Shown one piece after another: positions 53,545 through 64,000 of a DNA stretch of 64,000 nt. The position numbers and the translations under genes were made by a program. Location: NCBI GenBank assembly GCA_000165425.1, contig CT868650.1, positions 186,001-250,000 on the forward strand, written 5' to 3'. The notes under the pieces are model-generated. The model searched no databases and was not told the DNA's origin. It saw nothing but the letters and a program-made list of their open reading frames with translations. Position 1 is the stretch's first letter, and each line of letters begins with the position of its first letter. Source of the DNA: Paramecium tetraurelia. Lineage: Eukaryota.

Positions 53545-56500
53545 TCATGTTTTTTTGTATTCTGAAAATTTTTCTTCAAATTTAGTCTTCCATCTGTTGA
53601 AGTAACTATCATTGGCTTCATTGATAGGATATTCTCCAAAAGACAATACTTCATTTAATAGATCCTATGCTTCCATTTGCTTAACAAATTGGATGGGTTT
53701 GAGTGTCTCAGCATATTTGCCTTAAAATTATAAGAATAATAATACTTAGTTCTTTGGTCAAAGTGATTTCGATATTGTAGGAGTCTTTGATAAAGTTGAT
53801 CTTTCTATGCACTTCTCTGAGTTACAAATATTGCAATTCAGCACAGAAACCATAAATGATATTCTGGATAAACATTTGTAATAATTCATCTCTGTTGGCT
53901 ATAAATATAACTATGGATAATTACTTGGATAAACACATAATTATTGGAGTCCATTGTATTGGATTTGGAAATCATAATTACCTAAAAGCCATTAATGCAT
54001 TTTGATCAAATTATTAATGTATTCAGACTAGGACAGATTTGCAAAGGCATCAAAATTGAATTGAATGAAATTCTATATGTTATTGCCAAAACTATTCCAA
54101 ACATTGTCTTCCAATTAGAAATTGCGATCTACTTCAAAAATATTCATAGAGGCAGCAATACCTTGAATGCTGAAACGACAGAATCTTAAATATTCAACTA
54201 AACAAATGTATTAAAATAGTGAAATATTGTCAACGTCTCTCTTGAGATTAAATCTTTATCCACCACCTTAGGTTGATTTTCCATCAAAATTTGATGCTTA
54301 ATCTCTTTGATTCGTTCTATGAGGAGAGGGAGTCTAATTTTGTCTCATCATCTAAGCAGATTAGGGAATTGAGAAGTAATCAGACGATTTGATTGCTTCA
54401 GCTTTGGCAAACAATTAATTAAGTTTGGTTTCAAGCAAAGTGTAGGGTTTAAAGCTTTGGAAGAATAACTTTAATTTTTTATGATATCCTAATTGCTGAC
54501 TATATTACCCCATGAATGTGTAGATTATCTTGTCCAAATGCAATTTGAACTGTAATCTCATATTTTTGCATAAGATCAATTCAAGCAAGAATTAAGTGAT
54601 TTGAGACAACTCAAAAAAGAGCATGTAACTCTACTAATAGGTTTGAATGTGTTTAAGAGTAAGTCCAGTAACAGCTGTGAATTGGCGAAGTGATTAATAT
54701 TACTAGGTTTGGTCGATTTGAATAATTGCCGAATGCATCCTTTGTTCATGAGAAGTAAAGAATTCCAAAATTGATCTACATTGGGTTTGATCGTATGCTA
54801 GTAATTCTCTGACCAATACAAGGACATGACACCACATTGAATGCTTGTGATTGTATTGTCCATTTTCGTTAGAATTGTATATTTATTCATCAGCAATAAA
54901 TGTGAGTGATTTCAAATATCTTACGTCTACTTTATTCGAAATATTGAATGTGATTATGTCTATCCAACATTGAATGATCGATTAGAAAATCTTAGAGTTA
55001 TTTTAGTTCTTCAATGCTTCTAATTGTAAATTAACAATATCATAAAATCCTTCATTTGGTTTGTCTAATAATTCAGGGTTTGCTGGGTAAACATTTAATA
55101 TTACTGATAGAATCGAGGACAATTATCCAATGAGTTGCTTACAATTAGGATCATTGAAGTCGATTTACAATATGAAATAATGGAAAACTTACACCAACTC
55201 TTGAGGCTCTTGCAATTGATTCTCCTTTACACTTTGTAAGATCAACAACATTGAATGGAAGCATGTAAAAAGTACTTACTTATATTTCCCTTTGTACTCA
55301 TTATTGCAAACCGATTTCAGTTCCAGAACACGTTTAAAGAAGGCAAACTAATGTTTACTCATATTATTAAGCTTTTCATATGGCATCAGAGTTGCTTCTC
55401 TATTGATATTTTAACTTTTATATTTGCATACCGCTTGTTGACTATACCAGCATAATTAATTCAACACTTCCATGGCGGGTATCATTAATTCTTCATGGAT
55501 TTTATTAGTTTCAAGTGCATAGATGCTCTAACTGCCTTTCTGTAAGAAATACAATGCAGCATTGAATGCATATTCAGTTTCACCTAACTAATTGTCTTCC
55601 TAACCAAACAGTTTTACCACTCCTCCTTCTATAATATCCTTACCATTATTAGGAGAGAAAATGGAATCTCCGAGTTCCTTATCATCGTATGTATCTTTTT
55701 AATAATTGTCGCTAAAAGGAGAACCTGTCAAACCAATTGAAAAAAAGAATTACACAAATTAAGACAATTGGTTAAACGTTGACAACAGTTAAGTGAACCA
55801 TGAAGCCATAATATTGGATTTTTATACTGCAATTGCATTTCCACCTACATAACTCACAGTGTTGCTATCGATTTAAAAGTCACGACCGTAACTGTAAATG
55901 AAATTGGATAAATAATTGAAGACTGTGTTACTTTTAATAACAGGAGTACGTTTTAAAAATTTAGCAAATTCAACATGATCACTGAATTGTATCAGTAACA
56001 AATACCATTCTCGAATGAAGTTCTTCTAAAACATCGTCTTGACTTATTCTCCAAAAGCCTTTGTTGTCTCTTTAGATTCTTATTTCATTTCATTTATGAG
56101 TAATTTTAAGAAGTACTCTAACATCACTAATTCCTCTATAGCATCTAAAACACAGTTCTCAAAAACACACTATTCAATTGCTGTTCCTGTTTCTTTTGCA
56201 ATGTAGTTTTTGGCATTCTTGTCTGATAAAAATTTAACGAATTTCTCACATTTTCTACGTAAACAAATGTAGACTTCTCTAAAGAGTTTAAGCATCAAAG
56301 AAGCATAAGTTGTTCTACACTCTTTTGCAAATGATTGGTATCTCGATTAATTGACACATAACACTTAATGCAAAAATACTAAGACTAACATGGGAATCTT
56401 GTAATCCTATTCTAAATCTTCATCATAATAAAATATGTTTTGGAATAATTCTAAAATGTATTTGATTCCAGAACTTAGATTGGGATTTTAGGATTTCAGA

Positions 56501-59500
56501 ATGTATTACATAAAAGACTGATTATTCTCCAAACTTATTATTAAGAATTCCATGATTTCTTACTTTTCAATTGAATAGCATTTCTTATCTAATCTATTCA
56601 ATATTGTGTGAAGACTCTAAAATATTAAATGATGATAATGGATTCTCTTATTCAATAACTAATTCTCTTCTGTTTCTATGGTTGTGATACTCTATTCCAA
56701 ATTGTGATTCAACAAAGGTTTCGATAATAAACGTAGAGCACTTGTGAATATAGTACTATATTAAGGAAGGTTTCTGTCTAATATTTGATGATAGTTTTAG
56801 AATTTCATTGCCTCGTAGGTTTGCTTGGCCATTTGCTATTCTAAATCTTCGAATTCAGGAGGATCTTAACAATTACTTTGAGGTTCACTTATTGTATTCA
56901 GTAGACCCAAAATCGAATGTATAAAATTCAATTTTACTCTGTTATTGACATACCCATTAATATCTTAATGATATGTACTGACTACTTGTTATAAGAAATA
57001 TTGCTCTTCTTAGAAAAACTAGTGCAATTGCTTAATTAAATTTAGGTTATTGCTAAAGGTTTCATCATAGATGGAATATAAGTCAATAAGAGTATTCCAA
57101 CAATCAAGTAAGTTGACTAACAAAGAAGCCACGTGATACTTTATTTTGTCTAAATTTCTCACCTCTTCATATAATTTATTCTTTATTCCAATCATATTGA
57201 TATTATTCGATAATTGCTTTTAACCTATGTCTTCAAAAAAGGAATCCGTTAAAGTAACATCTAAATTTGTTAATAAGAATTCAAGAATCAATTAACTATT
57301 GATTTCATTCAATTATTGTTTGATCAGAGTATGCAACTAAGTTTCCTTATATTCTTTGGTATGATAAAACAAAAATTTCTTCAAGATCTTTTACAATGCC
57401 AGATACATACTTGCCTAATATTCAATAGTGACTTCCATCTTATCTTCCTCAAAGATTTTCCATTCTTGCAATTGAAATCTCAAAAAGGTTTCAAGAGTGT
57501 TTTTGACAAATGTATGCTATGTTGATTGATAATAATGACTACTGTTTTGTTATTCAAATAATTGCAAAGGATTGTCTTACCCCATCACTGCACTGCACAA
57601 TTAAGCATAATTTAAATGGATTCTGATAACCTGCTTAACCTTGAATTAATAAGAAGCTTAACACTTTCTGGCTATATGAAATAGTTCGAACAATGGATGA
57701 TAAGAGAACCCTTATTGTCTCTACACTTATTATTCATTGGTAGGCAGCTTATTGATTTCCTCAGCCATTTCTTTTTAAAGCAAGGGATCTTCTAAAACAT
57801 AGTTGATAATTTAGACAGCTTCTGAGCCTATTGTCAATAAAATATTGATTAATTAAATAGCTTTCTCTTCTTCCTTATGAGTATCAATAATTAAATCTAT
57901 CAATCTTGAACATTCTGATGTTACTTTGAGTATCTATCTATTTATGTTATTTGAACTACACAACAAAGCTATTCTTTTAATTGAATTTGCTGACTTTTTT
58001 ACTTCTCCCTTAATAAATTTAATGGCATGTTTAAACTTATAAACTCTCTTTCCTAGATCATCTATGCCCATTGACAATGTCTTATTTTTTAATTTATTTT
58101 ATTCATTGTAATAATCCATGGAAGCTCTATTACTTTTACCTAAAAAATCTGATGATTTGTATAGATTATTTGTCAACTTACCTTCTGAGAAATCTATCAT
58201 CATATCATGTAAGCTTTAAAATTGATTATGATCATCTGACATTAAATCCAGTGTCTCAGGCTAATTAATTTTACGGAAGACCTTCAACTTATTTAACCTG
58301 TCAAATATAATTTATTCAGCTGAGTCATTTTCTTTCACTGATTCATAGAACTAAGTCCAAAGTGTTTGTAATTATAAAAGAATTGAAAATATCTTTGATA
58401 AGAGTTCAACCTCATCCTCAAAATCATCCTCTTAATACTTATTCTTGTAAAGACAAATCCATTGATATATGCAATTGCATGTACAACTCCAAAAATGGGT
58501 ATTTATTGATGCGTTCTCCAACACTCTCAGAACTTCAACAAAATATTTCAAACTGATTTCGTAATCATTCTAATTTTATACTTCCTTCCTTTCCTACAAG
58601 ATAATTGCAATCTAAAAGATCTTTTAAAATTAATCTGGCTGCATTTATTTAATAGATTCCTCCTTGCTAATCCATAATGGGGGAAGATAGTCTCTACAAT
58701 CATTTTCTCTTAATTAGTGTATAGGTCTAATGCATTAAGATAAAACGAAAATGAATGCTATCTTTTTATACTCTTCCTAAAGTTTAGATGCAAGAGGACT
58801 ATACTCCTAGAATACTAGATGTTCATTTTTATGGAATAATCCTAGGAATTGAGTGGTTTTCATATTATCTAGTAATTTTTAGGTTGGTTTGATGTATACT
58901 TCTTCAAATCTATCAATTTTAAAGTAACTTTATAGGATGGTGAATATCTCTAAGATTTAGGTTTGTTCTGATACGAAATGTTGAAATGTTTAAAAAGTAT
59001 ATTCTTCTGAGAATTGTTCTTATTTTAGATAGAAATTCAATGCAAGAGGAACACTTAAAAAGGAATTGGCCAATCCTTCAATGAGACCTCTCTTAAACAT
59101 ATCATTTAATTATTTTGATGGCTTTCCAATTTCCTCTTCGTTGATTAAGTTAACAAGCATCAATTTTAATCCAGCAACCAATTAAGATCTTTATTCAGCA
59201 TAGTGATTAAAGAATATATGCTAGAATTTTTTAATTTCATTATCAAAAAATTTAGTTTTTTCTGGTGCTTTCAATTTTCTCTAAAACTAATCATGCAATA
59301 TCTTAACTCTTGATGCCTACAAACTGTCTTTTAAGACATAATAGACTTCACTTTTAATTTTGTTATCAAAGCATTTGGTTCTAATTTCTTAATCAAATGG
59401 AGTATCAGATTGAAGTTAGACTTTATTTTCTGAAAAGGAAAACCAATTTGATCCTTGTATCATAATTTTATACAATGTATCGTCTTCTTTAAATAGACTC

Positions 59501-60871
59501 TAAATTTTAATTTCATCTCTGCAGTTCAAGATTTCCATAATTTTATAGAAATCTCTATTTTTAGAAAGGGGTAATTGTAATTTTTATTAAGGTTGCGGTT
59601 AACTTGCTGGTTACTGTTGAGAAGCTGGTTGTTGTTGAGTTGGTGCTAATGGTTTCTATTATTGTTGTTATTATGTGCCTTATTATTATGTAGTTGGTTA
59701 TAATGGTTGTGTTTATTATTATTATGGTTATTGGGAGGGCTATTATTAATTTGGTTATGTTCCAATTTAAATGATGCTTGGAGTAGATTAAACTGCTGTT
59801 GGTTATTATGTTGTTGGCTATTAAGTTGCTGGTTATTAGGTTGTCGGTTATTAGGTCGTTGGCTATTATGTTGTTGGTTATTAAGTAGTTGGCTATTTCA
59901 TCCAATTTGATGTGATTGATTGGGTTGGTTATTATTATTATTATTGTGGCTAGGTTAGATTTTAAAGGCTGCTAGTTGTGTTTCCAAACAAATTATTTGA
60001 AGTTCCAAGAGGACTAATTTAGGCTTGACTAGGTTATGCTTGATTTGAAACTTGAGCAGTAGATACTAAAGGATTAGTGGTAGGAGGGGCTGTTGCTTGA
60101 TTAGGCTGATTTAATAAAGTATTGTTATTTTAGGTTGGCTAAGTATTGTTTTGTTATTATCCAAATAATCCTCCAGGTGTTGTTCCTAATCCAGTACCTA
60201 ATCCGGTACCTAATCCGGTTCCTAATCCGGTACTTAATCCAGTTCCTGTTCCTCCTGTTAATGCTCCAAATCCAGCTGTGGCACCACCATTATTAAAGTT
60301 CCCTAAAGTTGTTGGATTAGATGCATGTTGTTGAGTTGGGTTTGGTTGAGATGATTAGGGGTTTTGACTTTAAGTCATTCCTCCAAATAAAGAAGAGGTA
60401 TTGTTTGTTGTTTATGTTGCTTAACCACCTTATGGTTGTTATGAAAGAGAATCTAAACCGCCTAATCCAGTTTGATTTGTTTAAGGGGCCAAATTACCAG
60501 GATTTTAAAAAAGGCTATTAGTTGTTTATGCAGGTTGTTATTATTATGAAGGTTAAGCTGCCGATGATGCCTATGAAAATAAATTGTTATTGTTTGGCGG
60601 ATTGCTTCCAAATAAATTTAAGTTGGACTATGTATTTCCAAACATATTATTAGCTGTGGATTGTGCTGCTGCTGCCTATGGAGCTCCAGCCAAACTACCT
60701 GGCTAATTGAAGACTGAGCCTTAATTCTATGTTTATCCAACTTAGTTAAAAAGAGATGATCCTTGTCCTACACTTTAGCCAAATAGGTTGGGTACTGACC
60801 CTTGCGCATTCGGAAAAAGCCCTGTTGAACTTAAAATAAACTAAATACACTTACTTATTTTAAGAGCTCAT
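53545..60871 (-). CDS. Nucleoporin with N-terminal FG/GLFG repeats fused to a Nup188/Nup192-type solenoid (Tetrahymena Nup308-like)
   Basis: About 430 aa of NLFG/SLFG/GLFG Q/N/T-rich repeats continue in frame, with no TGA, into a roughly 1950-aa helical region. That region has HYAEQRSQLV and YSYGRDFQID..ASW segments reminiscent of Nup188. Confidence 0.7.
59800..59897 (-). repeat. 15-nt coding repeat (QQPTT)
   Basis: About 6 tandem taatagccaacaaca-like units translating QPTTQQPTTQQPTTQQPTTQQPATQQPTT. Confidence 0.85.
60184..60247 (-). repeat. 12-nt coding repeat (GTGL)
   Basis: About 5 copies of cctaatccggta on the + strand. On the - strand this reads GTGLSTGLGTGLGTGLGTGLGT within the FG region. 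Confidence 0.9.
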
Positions 60872-60889
60872 TTTAAATTATTTAAATTT

Positions 60890-62323
60890 ATGATTGTAAA
60901 GCAGAAAAGGGAAGCATTTCACATTTAAATGCGAAGGAATTAGCGGGAACTCATATTCTCGAAAAAGAGAATACTAGAGCTTCCCATCCAAATATCCGAT
61001 AACAATTAAGCCATACTCATTCTTTAAGGGATTTCCTAAAATCAAATTTCACTCACCACATTTTTCCAACAACTCACCTTACTTCTACCTTAATTTACAG
61101 AATTACATCTCCAAACACTGCCTTACATTCAACAAGCAACAGCCCAATATATCTATGAAATTGATTAATCAAATAGACAAATCAATGATGATGATCTTGA
61201 GATTTCAGAATGCACTGTCTTAGAAATGCTTCTCTACCTAAATCAACTCACTTATTATGTCAAAATAGACTTTTCTATGGATGATCTCCTAGATCTCCTC
61301 TTAAAAATATTAAAAGCAACCAATAAATTCAAAATTTTGGATAGAATTTGCCAAGTATTATACAATATTTTGCTTGATTTCCCAGATGCTTAAGCTCTAT
61401 TGCTCTAGCAAAACCTTCCAACTATGTTGACCAATAAATATCTAACGAACACGAACTTTGATTTACTTAATCTTAAGAATCTCCTCATGATTTTGCATAA
61501 ATTAGTTAAAATTGGATATCATGAATACAACCTCATCCATCCTATTCTTCACAAATTACAGAACAGTTCAAATGTTCAATAATCACAATATGTAGAAGTT
61601 ATGGAATACTTTTTCTAATTTCTTGCTAATTGTTCTTCCAATTATGATCCTTAAATTATTCAATAGGTTCAATTATTTGAAAAATTCTTAGAATTCTAAT
61701 ATGTTAGATGGTCTGTTGATTTGCTTTTTAAATATGATAAAAATTACAATCTTGTATGCAATATCTATCAGTTTCTAAATAACTTGAGTTTAGCAGCCTG
61801 TGGTTCAAGCATGATTGATCAAGGCATTTTGAGTGTCATATAAGTACATTTAAATGAAAAATCAGTACCTCAAATACTTATTTACTCCTTATTGACAAAC
61901 TTAATTGTGGATGATCTCACAAGTATTTTACAATGTGGAATTCTTATCAGAATCCCTGCAATGTTTAGGTTAGGATTTCCTAACTCAGACTATATTCCTG
62001 AATTGATTTATTGTATTACTGCTGCGTTCTCGAAAGCCGATGAAAATTAAATTCAAGACTTGACCAAAATCTAATTGACTGATTGCTTGGTTACTTATGT
62101 TGCAGATTTACCTCAAGAACTATTGGATTTAGAGCTTTGTTAAAAAATATTTCGAATATTGCAATCCATAATACATTTGCAAAATTAGGAATCATAAGAA
62201 GATAATTATGAATTGGAGAAATTGAAAAACAATACTATGTTTATCATGAGATGCAATCATATCTTTGGATTAAATAAAGATTACTATTGTGAAACCCTGT
62301 TAAATATTCTGTTTGAAATGTGA
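60890..62323 (+). CDS. Divergent importin-alpha-like protein (IBB motif + ARM-like helices), intronless, 477 aa
   Basis: N-terminal KREAFHIQMRRNQRELIFSKKR matches the importin-beta-binding motif. A leucine-rich helical body follows. Confidence 0.62.
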
Positions 62324-62518
62324 AATAAAATCGAACAAATTTTGATAATTAATTTTATACCAATAACTCATAAAACTAGAGAATTTACTCTTTTATTACA
62401 TACAAATCTAAATACCCTATCATGCATATAATATTATATAAAAATTGATATAAAATTGGATCATAAATTATAAAGAGTATTTCAATAATCTTTCCAAATA
62501 AATCATTAAAATATGTAA

Positions 62519-63693
62519 TCAATAAAAATTATAAGAGCTGTATTATGTTTAATATCTATCATAAACATCAGTTACAATAGATTCCATCTTCCTTAAGATG
62601 TCATTGTTACTCTAACTAGATTTATTTAGTTCCGATTCCACTTCTGTTAAAGACTTATTAAACTTAAGAAAAGATTAACCTATCCTCTTACGATACTACG
62701 GGGTTTTGAACCTCTTATCAACCTACCCACTTTAATTTTCATAGAAGTTTATCATTGTTTATAGTTTTTTTGTTCTTTCAATGGAAGATCTTTCAGCATT
62801 GCTGTTCACATTCTCTTTAAGCACAGTTTTTTAATTTTCTGAATGTGATTACTATTGAATTTCTTTTTTCTAAGATCTTAATTAAAGAGTCTCACTAATG
62901 AAACAGGTTTGGGGTCTTCCTCTTTGATGATTTGGTGTATATTGAGGATTAATTGACAGTTTGTTTTCTTTTTTGTTCATTTACTCTTAGATTGGCTTAT
63001 ATTTTGCAATACAGTGTAATTTCATATTCTTAATGAATTCATTGGTCTTATTTTAATATTTTGAATAATATTTAGAGACTGTGAGTTTGATTGAATTCTA
63101 ATTTTTAGAAAGTAAGCCATTCTCAACCAAGGTGTCAAGATTATATGTACCATTGCCTAATTATGATGCAGTAGATTTGGGGTCAGTTACGAAGTTCTAT
63201 ATGGATTAAGTAAGAAAAGTATTGTCAAGCACTCTTTTCATTGGAGCAGCGGTACTCAATGATGAGATGTTCTTGGTTGAATATGTTGAGAAGGAGAGTC
63301 TTTTCTAAGCCTTTTTAGCGGGATCATAATTCAATTGTTTCTATAACCATTCCTCTTCGTTCTTCGTTTTTGTATTATTAAATTCCATTTATATTTAATC
63401 GATTAACTTCACATCATTCAATACATTAGATTCAACAATTTTTTGTCTGACATCAATAAATGTATTGAGCTCTTTCATATTTTTTAGTTTATCATTAAAT
63501 CTCTAATCAACTCGTTATTTTCTATTCTACAATCTAATTTATTTAATCATTACTTAAGTCTCTTTTGTGATTTATCTAGTAACTTTGAAGTAAGTTCCTA
63601 AATCTTTTATTTTCTATCTTCCTCCTCTTATATTTTTTAAAAATAATCTTTTAATCTATCCATTTACAAAAACTCTGAAACTTTTATGGACAT
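62519..63693 (-). CDS. Hypothetical basic/coiled-coil protein
   Basis: Open frame after removing a 20-nt intron (gtaatgattaaataaattag). TGA at 62519-62521. The internal structure was not fully traced. Confidence 0.6.
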
Positions 63694-64000
63694 TATTAAA
63701 TAAAATTTAATTATAATTTTTGGATCATTTTACTCTTAAAGACTATAATCTTATTTTATATTTTCAGATAATCAATTGAAGAAACTAAGTATTTCATTCA
63801 AATTATATAACATAACCTAAATTAGTTAATGAGTAAATAAAAAATGTAGTTTAAACTTTATGAAAAGATGATAAAATTAGAATATTATATATTTTATTAA
63901 TTAAATTGTTAAGCAAGATAAACAATTTTCAAAATTCTGCATGAACAAAAGACCAACCATGAATATGAGATGATGGTTCTAAATGTTCTTATTAAAAAAG

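Noticed and set aside
53545..59538. Large helical gene as a separate ubiquitin-specific protease starting at 59538
   Set aside because: No Cys/His boxes were found, and the frame is continuous with the upstream FG repeats.
59561..59910. ORF-track entries rich in LITNN or LLCCW repeats
   Set aside because: These are off-frame and antisense readings of the QQPTT coding repeat.
60146..60334. + strand ORF with PNPV repeats resembling a circumsporozoite-like protein
   Set aside because: It is the antisense reading of the GTGL repeat in the nucleoporin FG region.

Overview
This is AT-rich, gene-dense eukaryotic DNA from a ciliate macronuclear chromosome, most likely Paramecium (aurelia-like). TAA/TAG read as Gln, TGA is the only stop, and GT..AG introns are 20-33 nt, so the supplied standard-code ORF track only shows fragments. 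Retranslating by hand with the ciliate code gives about 30 genes. They include SAM+FHA, PP2C, a PX/sorting nexin, CDT1-like, NOL8-like, an ERG25-type sterol oxidase, a SHIPPO-repeat protein, a CFAP161/calcyphosin-EF-hand fusion, nocturnin-like, an alpha/beta hydrolase, two tandem TM+PAS-like paralogs, a degenerate histidine kinase, PKA-C, Hsp10, CCT3, an IPK, a CDK-like kinase, cNMP-binding and TPR proteins, CDPK, an FG-repeat/Nup188-192 fusion nucleoporin (Nup308-like) and a divergent importin-alpha. The most notable item is an intact ORF joining coilin-like N-terminal and Tudor-like domains to a C-terminal La motif. Also notable are the nucleoporin and importin-alpha lying head-to-head only 18 bp apart, several other very short intergenic spacers, and multiple genes carrying lesions: a triple adenylate kinase pseudogene, a cytochrome b5 relic, in-frame TGAs in one tandem paralog, and +1 frameshifts in CCT3. 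All family calls come from motif recognition by eye with no database searches, and intron boundaries are inferred.
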